Notes: a model not told the origin generated them from the sequence alone. 64,000 nt of DNA from an uncultured Geobacteraceae bacterium (GCA_903845365.1 CAIMXI010000475.1:24912-88911); one strand, 5' to 3'; numbered from the stretch's first letter, positions 19,606-29,621 are shown. Program-made: numbers and translations.

Positions 19606-20022
19606 ATGGCTATGGGTGGGCAAAATAATAATCGTGCTGTGATGGCTGAGATCAACGTTACTCCGCTGGTGGATGTCATGCTGGTACTGCTGGTTATTTT
19701 TATGGTTACCGCTCCGATGATGCAGCAGGGAGTTCAAGTAAATCTTCCGAAAGCAGACACTAAAGCCATGGCACCCGCAGATGCTTCCGTTGTTGTATCT
19801 GTCGACAAGGGTGGGAAAGTATTCATAGATAAAGAAGAAATTCCTGCAGGGCAGTTACGCACGCGACTCTCAACGATGTTTGCCACCCGGGCGAAAAAAG
19901 AGGTATTTTTGAATGCCGATGCCGGAGTGCCTTATGGTGAGGTTGTGCGAACAATGGCTGACATCAAGGGTGCCGGTATCGAGCGCCTCGGCATGGTAAC
20001 GGAACCGGCTGCAAAAAAATGA
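19606..20022 (+). CDS. tolR: TolR / ExbD family protein
   Basis: EINVTPLVDVMLVLLVIFMVTAP motif. Confidence 0.85.
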   Translation: MAMGGQNNNRAVMAEINVTPLVDVMLVLLVIFMVTAPMMQQGVQVNLPKADTKAMAPADASVVVSVDKGGKVFIDKEEIPAGQLRTRLSTMFATRAKKEVFLNADAGVPYGEVVRTMADIKGAGIERLGMVTEPAAKK

Positions 20023-20801
20023 GCCGTCTGGTTTCAAGAGATGATACCGTTAGTGGTGTCTGCTTCGTCGCTTCGGCCGTCATTCACCTGACGGTTTTTT
20101 TATTACTGCTCTGGTGGGGGCGGCTATTTTCGTCACCGTCGGCAATTCATGAAACATATTACGTGGATGTAGTGAATCTTCCGACCGCAGAGCCGCAAGC
20201 GGGGCTGCCCGCCCAGAAAAGCGATGAAGCCGTAGCCGTGCCGCTACCTGCCGCGCCGCAGGCGATGACAGTGCCGGTGCCTGTGAAAACTCCACCTCCC
20301 AAAGTTGTTAAAACAGTCACTAAGCCTACAAAGCCAACAAATGTTAAAGCACCTGCTGAAACAGAGTCTGCTTTTGCATCACAGATGGCAAAACTGGAGA
20401 GTGCCAGAGATGCGAGTCGCAAAGAAGCCGATTTTGAAAAATCGCTCAGCAAGGTAAAGGGGGCCGCCGGTTCCAAGCCAGGGATGCCCGGAGCCGGTGG
20501 TATTACGGCAGGAAGCAGCTATCCTGATTTCATCAAATCAAGACTGGAAGATGCCTTAAAGGTAACGAGCAGCTACAGCAGTAAAAACCCTGAGGTCTTC
20601 GTCCGACTGACGATTACAGCAGAGGGGAAACTTTCGAGGATGAATATGGTGCGAAGCAGCGGTGACGCGATCTTTGAGATGGCGGTCAGGCGAGCCGTTG
20701 ATCTGGCCAGCGAAAAATTTGTCCCACCACCAAACCGCACCGTTTTTGAAAACGGCTTCGTTTTTAAGCCAAAAGGAATAGCAAGCGCCTCATCACGATA
20801 A
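20019..20801 (+). CDS. tolA: TolA/TonB-family energy transducer (Pro/Ala-rich linker plus TonB-C-like domain)
   Basis: A TM anchor is followed by the PAAPQAMTVPVPVKTPPPKV linker and a C-terminal TonB-like fold. The position between tolR and tolB supports the call. Confidence 0.6.
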   Translation: MSRLVSRDDTVSGVCFVASAVIHLTVFLLLLWWGRLFSSPSAIHETYYVDVVNLPTAEPQAGLPAQKSDEAVAVPLPAAPQAMTVPVPVKTPPPKVVKTVTKPTKPTNVKAPAETESAFASQMAKLESARDASRKEADFEKSLSKVKGAAGSKPGMPGAGGITAGSSYPDFIKSRLEDALKVTSSYSSKNPEVFVRLTITAEGKLSRMNMVRSSGDAIFEMAVRRAVDLASEKFVPPPNRTVFENGFVFKPKGIASASSR

Positions 20802-20810
20802 TACGATGAA

Positions 20811-22103
20811 ATGGGATATGGTATGAAAATCTGGTTACTTGTTATTCTTCTCGTTGGCCTGCCGGCTGTTCTCTTTGCGCAACCTGACTACATTGAGGTA
20901 AATGCTCCCGGAAATCGTCAACTGAAGCTGGCGGTTGAACCGGTACTTTCGCCTGACGGCTCATCGCCCCCGGATGCTTCCCGAAACTCCTCCGAGGTAA
21001 TTACGAATGATATTAACATGTCCGGAGTCGTTATGGCCGAGGGTCGTTCGCTGCAGCCGCCTGCAGGGAATACGTCATTATCTGATGTCAATTATGCCCC
21101 GTGGCTGACTGCCGGTTTTGATATGCTGGTACGGAGTGAACTCAGCCTGCAAGGCGACCGATTGGTGGTCGAATTTCGTCTTTTTGACGTTGTTAATCGG
21201 AAAATGATCACCGCAAAGCGGTACCTCGGTGTAGCAAAAGAACTCCGGAGGTTCAGTCACTCCTTTGCCGATGAAATTCTTCGTGCGCTTACCGGTGAAA
21301 AGGGTGTTTTTACGACCAGAATAGCCTACGTATCTGCGCAAACCGGCAATAAAGAGATCTATGTAATGGATTGGGACGGCTACAATCCGCTCCCGTTGAC
21401 GAAAAACGGCTCTATCAACCTTAATCCGGACTTCTCCCCTGATGGACGGGAAATTATTTTCACCTCATACAAACGACGCAATCCTGATCTGTATCGTCGA
21501 CCACTCTCAAGCCCGGTAGAAGTTCTGCTATCAAACAGCAAAGGGCTTAATATTACAGGGAGCTGGTCACCGGACGGCAGCAAAATTGCCCTTGCGCTCA
21601 GTAAAGATGGTGATGCCGAGATATATACCATTGATAAGGATGGTAGTCGCCCAACCCGATTGACTATTGATCCGGCTCTTGATCTGTATCCTTCCTGGTC
21701 GCCTGACGGCAAGCAGATCGCTTTTGTTTCCGACCGTATGGGTAAACCACAGCTCTTTGTCATGAAGGCTTCTGGTGGCGATGTCAGGCGCCTGACAACT
21801 ACCGGCAACTATAACGTCAATCCGCGATGGTCTCCAAAGGGTGATAAAATAGCCTATTCTAGAATGGTTAATGGTGCATTCCAGATATTCACCATCTCCA
21901 CAGACGGAACATCTGACAGCCAGCTCACGACTGAAGGGAGTAACGAAAATCCAGCCTGGTCCTCAGACGGTCGATTCATCTGTTTCAGCTCTGTGCGCAG
22001 TAGCGGTAACGGAGTGTATGTTATGCGCGCCGATGGCAGCGGTCAGAAGAATGTCTCTCAAACGAAAGGTAAGTACTTTCAACCGGTCTGGTCTGCTCAT
22101 TAA
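20811..22103 (+). CDS. tolB: Tol-Pal system beta-propeller protein TolB
   Basis: The P-SWSPDG motif recurs (SWSPDGSKIA, SWSPDGKQIA, RWSPKGDKIA, AWSSDGRFI). The start could instead be the ATG at 20823. Confidence 0.9.
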   Translation: MGYGMKIWLLVILLVGLPAVLFAQPDYIEVNAPGNRQLKLAVEPVLSPDGSSPPDASRNSSEVITNDINMSGVVMAEGRSLQPPAGNTSLSDVNYAPWLTAGFDMLVRSELSLQGDRLVVEFRLFDVVNRKMITAKRYLGVAKELRRFSHSFADEILRALTGEKGVFTTRIAYVSAQTGNKEIYVMDWDGYNPLPLTKNGSINLNPDFSPDGREIIFTSYKRRNPDLYRRPLSSPVEVLLSNSKGLNITGSWSPDGSKIALALSKDGDAEIYTIDKDGSRPTRLTIDPALDLYPSWSPDGKQIAFVSDRMGKPQLFVMKASGGDVRRLTTTGNYNVNPRWSPKGDKIAYSRMVNGAFQIFTISTDGTSDSQLTTEGSNENPAWSSDGRFICFSSVRSSGNGVYVMRADGSGQKNVSQTKGKYFQPVWSAH

Positions 22104-22145
22104 TTGCATGAGATACGTTTTTCTCAGAAAACGCATTAATATCGA

Positions 22146-22173
22146 TTGCAATCCTAACGCTGTTATGTATAAT
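22146..22173 (+). promoter_or_regulatory. Sigma-70-like promoter TTGCAA-N16-TATAAT upstream of pal
   Basis: gaTTGCAAtcctaacgctgttatgTATAATcgc. The -10 element is a perfect match. Confidence 0.45.
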
Positions 22174-22241
22174 CGCGCAGAAAGCAATTTACAGAATTTA
22201 CAGGGCAGAGAGCCTAATTTTATTCAAAACAGGAGATTAAA

Positions 22242-22859
22242 ATGAAAAAATGGATGGTAGCATTATTGGCAGGCATCAGCATGGCTGCGTTACTTGTAAG
22301 TGGCTGTGCAAACAAGGAAGCTGTCAGAAAAGAAGAGTCGTTACAGTCTTCATCCAGCGTATCACAGAGTGGAGCGACTAAGTCGGTTGATTCGGCTGAT
22401 CAGGCACGATTGGGGGAACGACCGGCAGAGAAGGTTCGACCGGCAGAACAGAACCGGCCGGCAGAGCAAGTTCGTCAGGCAGAGCAGGTACCTCGGGCAA
22501 CGGCGGAGACTGCTGTTCAGTCTCTCATGTTTGAGGCTGTTTATTTTGATTTTGATAAATCTGAGCTTCGCCAGGACGCTCGTGATGTCATTTCGAAGAA
22601 TTCTGCCGTCATCATGAAAGCTGCCTCAGGAACCAAAATTCAGATCGAAGGTCACTGCGATGAGCGTGGCTCTGCAGAATACAACCTTACGCTTGGTGAG
22701 AGTCGTGCCAAGTCTGTCCTGAAATATCTGACTACTCTCGGAGTCAAAGCAGATATGCTCTCCATAATCAGCTATGGTAAAGAAAAACCGGCCGTTCAGG
22801 GGAGCGATGAAGCTGCATGGTCAAAAAACAGACGCGCTGAGTTTGTAATCGTAAAGTAG
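22242..22859 (+). CDS. pal: Peptidoglycan-associated lipoprotein Pal (OmpA-C domain)
   Basis: Lipobox LLVSGC is present. The OmpA-like C-terminus reads IEGHCDERGSAEYNLTLGESRA…NRRAEFVI. Confidence 0.9.
   Translation: MKKWMVALLAGISMAALLVSGCANKEAVRKEESLQSSSSVSQSGATKSVDSADQARLGERPAEKVRPAEQNRPAEQVRQAEQVPRATAETAVQSLMFEAVYFDFDKSELRQDARDVISKNSAVIMKAASGTKIQIEGHCDERGSAEYNLTLGESRAKSVLKYLTTLGVKADMLSIISYGKEKPAVQGSDEAAWSKNRRAEFVIVK
22416..22487 (+). repeat. Four in-frame 18-nt tandem repeats in the pal linker (ERPAEK/VRPAEQ/NRPAEQ/VRQAEQ)
   Basis: gaacgaccggcagagaag / gttcgaccggcagaacag / aaccggccggcagagcaa / gttcgtcaggcagagcag. Confidence 0.85.
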
Positions 22860-22884
22860 TTACCCCTCAATCTATTTAACCGAG

Positions 22885-22927
22885 CCACACCGGATTTGCC
22901 TGCAGAGGCAGACGGTGTGGTTTTTTT
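22885..22927 (+). terminator. Rho-independent terminator after pal
   Basis: CCACACCG…CGGTGTGG stem followed by T7. Confidence 0.75.
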
Positions 22928-22936
22928 GTTTATTCA

Positions 22937-24244
22937 TCAAGCGTCTTTTTGCAGATTTTTTAACATTTTATAAAACCCACGTGGCGTTGAATCAAAGAGT
23001 ACAATCTGGCAGCCAAGCCGATGTTCAAGCTCTACAAGCGAAATATCATCCAGAAAGAGTCCTTCACCCTCCTTCACCATCACGTCGGGCACAAGCAGGG
23101 CTGCACCGGTTTCGTGTCCATCCAACGCTGCGATTATATCGTTACCGGACACCAGACCGCTGACGGTAACTGATGCTCCAAAGAGTCGATTCTCCACTGC
23201 AAACGGCACAAGCTCCAGTCCGCTCTTCTCCTCCAGATTCTCCAAAAAGTCACTCACGAACGGGAACGATGAGACGCCGGTAACTACTGTTGCCCGGAAT
23301 TTTCCTACAGTCGTGGCGCGGCGCAGCACTTGTGCCGCTTCCTTCTTGAAGAGCGGCACCATGCCGACACCGTTTTCGATCTGCGGGAAATCACCGTACT
23401 CCTTGATGGAGGGGAATGGCAGATCCGCTTTAAGGAAAAATTCATCTGCCAGGAAGAGAAACGGCTGACGCAGCTTTCTTCGGAGAGCTTCAGAGTCCGG
23501 CTGCCAGCGTGCAATGAACCGCCGGGCATATTCTGCATCTACCGGAGTCAATGACGGTAACTTCTGGCGATGTGCAGTAAGTCCCAGTGGTACAATCGCC
23601 AACGACTGTACGGTTGGAAAGAGTGCGGCAAGATCCTCCACCGTGCGTTGCAGCTCTTCTCCATCGTTTAGCCCAGGGCAGAGAACTACCTGTGTATGCA
23701 TGATAATTCTGGCGGCGGCCAGCTTTTGCAACTGTTCCAGAATTGGTGGAATTCCCGACTTGCCAAGTAACCGTTCCCGAAGGTGCGGATTAGTGGTATG
23801 TACCGAGATATAAAGGGGTGACAGGCGCTGTTCGGTGATGCGCTTCAGAGCAGAGCGTGAGAGGTTGGTCAGTGTGACATAGTTGCCGTTTAAAAAGGAG
23901 AGCCTATAATCTTCATCCTTAATATAGAGTGCTTTACGCAGACCTTTCGGGAGTTGGTGGACAAAGCAGAACAGGCAGTTGTTGGCGCAACGGGCAGGGG
24001 CGGGAGCGGTGAAAGTCAAGCCGAGAGGTTCACCATCACCCCGTTCAACCTCCAACTCCCATATTTCACCATTTTGTTTTTCAATCTCCAGAAGCAATTG
24101 TTCTTCATAAGCGGTGCAGTAGCTATAATCAATCAGATCGCGAACCGGTCGGCCATTAACCGTCAATAAGCGGTCACCCGCCAGAACCTCAAGCTCATCA
24201 GCGATCGAACCGGGAGAGACAACATCGATCAGAAGTCCCGCCAT
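22937..24244 (-). CDS. PDZ + radical-SAM-like + DUF512 protein
   Basis: An N-terminal PDZ-like region (SIADELEVLAGDRLLTVNG), CANNCLFCF (Cx3Cx2C), and a C-terminal DUF512-like region. Confidence 0.75.
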   Translation of the reverse strand: MAGLLIDVVSPGSIADELEVLAGDRLLTVNGRPVRDLIDYSYCTAYEEQLLLEIEKQNGEIWELEVERGDGEPLGLTFTAPAPARCANNCLFCFVHQLPKGLRKALYIKDEDYRLSFLNGNYVTLTNLSRSALKRITEQRLSPLYISVHTTNPHLRERLLGKSGIPPILEQLQKLAAARIIMHTQVVLCPGLNDGEELQRTVEDLAALFPTVQSLAIVPLGLTAHRQKLPSLTPVDAEYARRFIARWQPDSEALRRKLRQPFLFLADEFFLKADLPFPSIKEYGDFPQIENGVGMVPLFKKEAAQVLRRATTVGKFRATVVTGVSSFPFVSDFLENLEEKSGLELVPFAVENRLFGASVTVSGLVSGNDIIAALDGHETGAALLVPDVMVKEGEGLFLDDISLVELEHRLGCQIVLFDSTPRGFYKMLKNLQKDA

Positions 24245-24247
24245 TAG

Positions 24248-24472
24248 CTACTGATGGAGCCGGAAGGCGCCTTCGGCAGAGGTAATGGTAGCAATGGCGT
24301 GTTTATAAATGAGTATATCGCCACCGGAATCCAGCAGCACCGAAAAGTTGTCAAACGACTTGATTAAACCTTCCAGTCTGTCGCCCGACATCATTATAAC
24401 AGCTACCCGCACCCGCTCTTTGCGAGCCTGGTTGAGATACTGATCCTGAATATTGAAAAGTGCTTTAGACAT
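24248..24472 (-). CDS. hfq: RNA chaperone Hfq
   Basis: MSKALFNIQDQYLNQARKERVRVAVIMMSGDRLEGLIKSFDNFSVLL…IYKHAI shows the Sm1 and Sm2 motifs. The internal ATG at 24472 lies just after the miaA stop. Confidence 0.9.
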   Translation of the reverse strand: MSKALFNIQDQYLNQARKERVRVAVIMMSGDRLEGLIKSFDNFSVLLDSGGDILIYKHAIATITSAEGAFRLHQ

Positions 24473-24476
24473 GGCG

Positions 24477-25415
24477 TTACGCCTCCCGTTGCTCATAAAA
24501 TTCAATTGCATGACTGATTATGCTATCAGAGTTATCAGGATATTCAAACCACAATATGTCAGGATTGGCCTTAAACCAGGTCATCTGGCGCTTGGCGTAG
24601 TGGCGAGTATTACGTTTGATCAGGCGACAGGCCTCTTCGGCAGATATCTCGCCTGCCAAACAGGCGGCGGTCTCCTTATAGCCGATTGAGCGCATTGATT
24701 TGAGATTGCGGCCAAACCCGGCAGCCATAATTCCTCGTACCTCTTCCATCAAGCCTGCAGCAATCATCTGCTCAACGCGTTCTTCTATGCGTTTATACAG
24801 TAGTCTCCTGTCCACCGTAATTCCGATCTGAAGCGTGTCATAACGCCGTCCGGCAAAAGCGTGCTCCTGTTGATATCGCGATAATGGAATGCCGGACAAC
24901 CGGTACACCTCCAGGGCTCGAATGATCCGCAGCAGATTATTCGGGTGCAGTGTCGCCGCCAGTTCAGGATCCACAAGGCGGAGCTGATCCAGCATGGCCT
25001 CGTTACCCACCTCGGCTGCTTCATCCTGCAGCGCCTGTCGCAAATCCCCCCCCCCGCCCGGAGAATCAACAAGACCATGTATCAGGGCTCTTATATAGAG
25101 GCCAGTCCCGCCAACAACGATGATCCGTTTGCCACGACTTACAATATCTCTGATAGCGGCATCGGCGGCATCAGCAAAATCAGCGGCGGAGAACGATTGA
25201 TCAGGTTCGACGATATCAATCAGATGGTGTCGAATCTCAAGTTGCTGCACGGAAGAAGGCTTGGCAGTCCCGATATCCAGCCTGCGATAAACCTGCATTG
25301 AGTCAGCGTTGACAATTTCAGCATTCAGAGCGTGAGCAAGCTGAAGAGCAAGAGCACTCTTGCCGGAAGCGGTCGGGCCGCAGATGATGAGGAGTTTGGT
25401 GAGAACTTTATGCAT
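24477..25415 (-). CDS. miaA: tRNA dimethylallyltransferase
   Basis: LIICGPTASGKSALAL…DSMQVYR.LDIGTAKP…. Confidence 0.95.
   Translation of the reverse strand: MHKVLTKLLIICGPTASGKSALALQLAHALNAEIVNADSMQVYRRLDIGTAKPSSVQQLEIRHHLIDIVEPDQSFSAADFADAADAAIRDIVSRGKRIIVVGGTGLYIRALIHGLVDSPGGGGDLRQALQDEAAEVGNEAMLDQLRLVDPELAATLHPNNLLRIIRALEVYRLSGIPLSRYQQEHAFAGRRYDTLQIGITVDRRLLYKRIEERVEQMIAAGLMEEVRGIMAAGFGRNLKSMRSIGYKETAACLAGEISAEEACRLIKRNTRHYAKRQMTWFKANPDILWFEYPDNSDSIISHAIEFYEQREA
25046..25055. repeat. C10 (G10 on the coding strand) homopolymer inside miaA
   Basis: Counted by hand. It encodes the GGG of the PGGGGD segment and is currently in frame. Confidence 0.9.
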
Positions 25416-25642
25416 CGGTTTTCAGGATTCCTTGATGTTTTGAACATGTTCCCTGGAATAATTTCTTATCGTAGGCGGCTAATTCTACCAGGGTTTGTGC
25501 AGTATCGTACAGGGGGTGAATTGTTGGCAACGATTTTCATCCGGTTTGTGAGATTGTTATGTCAGAAACCTTGATTTGACCTTGTAAATTATGCAGTTCT
25601 GAAGTAGAGGTATTCTCAGTTATGATTTTCAATTGGAGCCCC

Positions 25643-26365
25643 ATGGGAAAAATCAGATGCATGAAGCTGCTCCTCTGTTTTGTTGCCGGTTTGGCTGTGA
25701 TAGAGAACCTGCCGGTTGCGATAGCCGCCGAGTCTGTGCGTACACAAGAAATTGCCCAGTGCCTGGATAGCGAAATTGTAACGTGGGGGGACGGCAGGGA
25801 TCGCCCCGCCGTCAGCTCGCCGCTGAGTTTTTCCTATAAGCATACAGATGCCCCCGGCTGGTTTACCAAATCTCAGGTAGCGGAGATGATAGCAAAAAGC
25901 AGTGCAGCATGGTCACAATGCGGTGTTCCAAGTGGGGTGATTGATCTTGACAGCATAAAGGGACGGCACGAGGACGTGATCAGGATACAGTGGAGCGAGA
26001 AGAGTAGCGGCAGTAATTTTGGTTTGGCCAATCTTGGCAGTCGGACACTTTCTCTGGGTCCTAAGGCTTTTGAGCTTTTGAAAACCAGGAATCCGGCTTA
26101 TGATTCGCGCGAGACTCTGCAAATGGTAATTTCTCACGAAATGGGACACTTTTTTGGCCTTATGGCACATTCGCGACGATGCGTAGATGTCCTTTCTTAC
26201 TACAACAATGGAAAAGGTGCTACATGTTACAGTCGCAACCCAGCAGCTATGAAGGCGGTGACTGAATATCGGTATACATTACCGACGGCATGCGATATCC
26301 AACGCTGCCGGATGAAAAACGGATTCCCACCGTTGCCTGACGGGCGATTGGCTGAACAGCCTTAG
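25643..26365 (+). CDS. Secreted matrixin-like zinc metalloprotease
   Basis: A signal peptide is present (…MKLLLCFVAGLAVIENLPVAIAA), and the zincin motif ISHEMGHFFGL. The start is uncertain among 25622, 25643 and 25661. Confidence 0.6.
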   Translation: MGKIRCMKLLLCFVAGLAVIENLPVAIAAESVRTQEIAQCLDSEIVTWGDGRDRPAVSSPLSFSYKHTDAPGWFTKSQVAEMIAKSSAAWSQCGVPSGVIDLDSIKGRHEDVIRIQWSEKSSGSNFGLANLGSRTLSLGPKAFELLKTRNPAYDSRETLQMVISHEMGHFFGLMAHSRRCVDVLSYYNNGKGATCYSRNPAAMKAVTEYRYTLPTACDIQRCRMKNGFPPLPDGRLAEQP

Positions 26366-26396
26366 TTGTCACTCACGCTGAAAGGATGTAGTTTTT

Positions 26397-27560
26397 ATGA
26401 AAAAGACCATCGATGAGGATACGGTTACTGACCCCGATTTTGTAGTCAATCCAGAATTGCTGTTTTGCAGTGATGCTTTGGTGGTGGATTACCTGAATGC
26501 GTTGCTCGCGTCCGAGCCTGCCCTGAATATGGATTTTAGAGAAATTCATTTTGTACATAAGGAGATAACCCCAAATAGCAATGCCAGTTCAATCGTTACT
26601 AATGCGATGTTTATCGAGTCGGAAACTTCTAAATCAGAAGCTGATACATTAAGGAGTGAGAACGAAAACCTCAAATTTAAAACTGAGCTTGCGTCAATAG
26701 ATGCTCAAGTGCTCAGAAACGAAAACAACAGGCTCAAAATAGAGAAAGAGCGCCTGGTCGCTCAATTGAGTGAGTTGAAAGACAAGCTAATTAGTGTGCA
26801 GGCTGAAAATGATTCGATGAGACGCATCGCCGAAACTGACCGCCATCAATTTGATCGTCCGGCGATACCTGTTGAGGAACTGACTGAGAACACTCCTACA
26901 GACTTAATCAATTGTGCAGCAATAGCAACAGTTGAAAACATCCTGTCGGATTTGGAACATACTGATACTGATCAGGGCAGTATCCCTGAACAGGATATGC
27001 AGCCGGAACCGGTAGAAGCAGTGGCCTATGAATCGCGTAATGATAATATAATCAGCATTACAAGCGAAAAAGAGAGGTCAATTATATCTGGCACGACCGG
27101 CCCGAATGAAAGTGCAAAACCGGTGTCTGCTCCCGCTGTGACCATCTTTTCTCGCGAGAGGAGTGCGGGAGGAATTGCCAGTCATAATGTTCAGTCGCTG
27201 TCAAAAGTCGTTAAGCACCATCCTGCCGAAATAAATCATTCCAAGCAGAGTGACCAGATAAAAAGGGTTACCTCTCCGGATCCTGTTCAGCAAGAGAAAA
27301 GTAGTGCTACAGTTGATCGAAGTCCGGATTTTACGCTGATGCAGCAACATCATGTTGAAGAGACTGCGAACAACCAGGAGAGCCATATCCCTGCATCAAA
27401 TGCGGCTATTCCGAGGCTTAATGATGTTGACGAAATTACCATGCCGGATGCACCGTCACCAGAAGTTGTTATTCGCCGCAATGTAAAGAGCTATGTGGAT
27501 CTTCAGATGGAGTCTGAAGGCGTTAAGACACCTGAAACCGGCCATAGTGCAAAGGTTTGA
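26397..27560 (+). CDS. Hypothetical protein with coiled-coil segment and long low-complexity acidic/Ser-rich tail
   Basis: The heptad-like stretch LRSENENLKFKTELASIDAQVLRNENNRLKIEKERLVAQLSELKDKL is present. No family was recognised. Confidence 0.45.
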   Translation: MKKTIDEDTVTDPDFVVNPELLFCSDALVVDYLNALLASEPALNMDFREIHFVHKEITPNSNASSIVTNAMFIESETSKSEADTLRSENENLKFKTELASIDAQVLRNENNRLKIEKERLVAQLSELKDKLISVQAENDSMRRIAETDRHQFDRPAIPVEELTENTPTDLINCAAIATVENILSDLEHTDTDQGSIPEQDMQPEPVEAVAYESRNDNIISITSEKERSIISGTTGPNESAKPVSAPAVTIFSRERSAGGIASHNVQSLSKVVKHHPAEINHSKQSDQIKRVTSPDPVQQEKSSATVDRSPDFTLMQQHHVEETANNQESHIPASNAAIPRLNDVDEITMPDAPSPEVVIRRNVKSYVDLQMESEGVKTPETGHSAKV

Positions 27561-27572
27561 GGAGTTGGCTAA

Positions 27573-29584
27573 ATGACTGTATCTACAATCAGATCCGTCT
27601 GCCCATATGACTGCCCCGATGCCTGTGGCCTTCTCGTCTCGGTCGAAAACGGTCGAGCGACCTCTGTAGTTGGCGATCCTGACCATCCGGTAACGCGCGG
27701 CCTGCTCTGCGCCAAAATGAACCATTACGAGCAGACCGTGCATTCACCCCATCGGCTGACAACACCACTGCGCCGGGTCGGTAAAAAAGGTGCCGGAGAG
27801 TTCAAGCCTGTTTCGTGGGATGAAGCAATTTCATCCATCTGTAACAACTGGCGGCGGCTCATCGCCAGCCACGGAGCAGAGGCGATCCTTCCCTACTCAT
27901 ATGCCGGTACCATGGGGTTGGTACAACGAAATGCAGGGCATGCCTTTTTCAACAAACTGGGGGCGTCGCGACTGGAGCGAACCATCTGTTCTCCGGCCAA
28001 GGATAGCGGCTGGAAAGCGATTATGGGAGAGACGCCGGCTATGAACCCTGCCGAAATGGAGCAGAGTGATCTGGTAATACTCTGGGGGATCAATGCCGCT
28101 GCCACAAGTATTCACGCCATGCGGGATGCTCAAACGGCCCGGAAGCGTGGCGCGCGCCTCTGGGCCATTGATACGTATCGTACCCCGACCTGTGATGCCG
28201 TTGATGATGCGTTTCTGGTTCGCCCGGGGGGTGATGGCGCTCTGGCATTGGCGATGCTGTATGTTATTGAGCGGGAGCAGTTGCTGGATCAGGCATTCAT
28301 AGCAGCCAATGTCCTCGGTTTTGAGGAGTTGACAACTGAGGTTCTGCCCGATTGTTCTCCCGAGCGGATGGCCGTGGTCTGTGGTCTGCCGGTCGAGGTC
28401 ATCGAGCGTATGGCGCGTGAGTATGCAAAAGCAGAGGCTCCTTTCATCCGTCTGGGTAGCGGCCTTACGCGCTACGGCAATGGCGCCATGACGGTTCGTA
28501 CGATCAGTTGCCTGCCGGCAGCGGTTGGCGCCTGGGGGAAACCGGGGGGGGCATCTTCATCGGCACTTCGACCGGGGGAGCTTTCCCGCTGCAGATCGTG
28601 ACACGAGAGGATTTCATGTCGGGCGAGCCGCGCCTGATCAGCATGAACCAGCTTGGTGCCGCACTGACAGAATTAACTGATCCGGCGGTTATGTCGCTCT
28701 ATGTTTATCACTCCAATCCTGCTGCCATAGCGCCAGATCAGAATGCCGTCATTAGAGGCCTGGAGCGGGAAGATCTCTTCACAGTGGTCCACGAACGTTT
28801 CCTGACTGACACCGCCCGTTACGCCGACATAGTTTTGCCGGCGACTTCTTCGCTCGAACATCCTGACCTGTATCGCTGCTATGGCAGCTATCATGCCCAG
28901 CGTTGCGGCGCAGTTATCAAGCCGCTTGGTGAGGCCAAGAGCAACTGGGAGGTATTCAGCCTGCTCGCCACCGGAATGGGGTGGGAAAAATCGTTTTTCA
29001 GCTTGTCAGCAGATGAACTTATCGAATTGCTTCTGAGTGAAGAAAACCTCTGGCGGAGTGCCGCTGTTACCGAGCGATTACGGCAGGGGGAGCCAATCAT
29101 CCTGACACCGCTCTCCTCACCAAAGAAACAGTGGCTGACCACTTCGGGAAAAATAGAGATTCTGAACCGGGGTGAAATTGAGCCGCTGCCGCGCCTGCTG
29201 CAGACCCACGCCGAGTATGATGGATATCCGTTACGCCTGCAACCTGCAACCACACCATTTGCGCTCAACTCGAGTTTTTACGAACAGGACGATTTGCGCT
29301 TGAAGCAGAATTGCATGGAGTTGCTGATAAACAGGGTCGATGCTGAAGCCCGCCGATTGGCCGATGGACAGAGAGTGGCGGTTTTTAATGATCGGGGAAA
29401 CGTTTGTTTCGCGCTACAGATTTCAGAGCGGGTACCGGTCGGAACGGTCGTCACCGAAGGGGTCTGGTGGGGGGAATTTATCCCAGGCGACCGTGGCGTC
29501 AACGCCTTGACATCACAGCGGCTTACCGACGGCGGAAGAGGGAGTACACTGTATGATGTCACAGTGGAGGTCAGGGCGGTGTAG
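27573..29584 (+). pseudogene. Cytoplasmic molybdopterin (bis-MGD) oxidoreductase family gene, interrupted by a frameshift
   Basis: ORFs 27573..28601 and 28508..29584 are the N- and C-halves of one enzyme. The N-half has a 4Fe-4S motif (CPYDCPDAC…C). The C-half has a MopB barrel (GQRVAVFNDRGNVCFALQISERVPVGTVVTEG). The frames switch inside a G8 run, and no Tat signal is present. Confidence 0.8.
28544..28551. repeat. G8 homopolymer at the frameshift point
   Basis: aaa ccg ggg ggg gca… reads KPGGASSS* in frame 1. A G9 (or G6) run would read KPGGGIFIGTSTGG… straight into the second ORF. Confidence 0.9.
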
Positions 29585-29621
29585 AATACGTTCTCGCCGG
29601 GTTGAATTTATAAATACTACT

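Noticed and set aside
26397-27560. Coiled-coil/low-complexity protein considered as part of a novel system with the neighbouring matrixin-like protease.
   Set aside because: No recognisable domains, no tight coupling (31-nt gap, no overlap), and nothing beyond adjacency to support a functional link.
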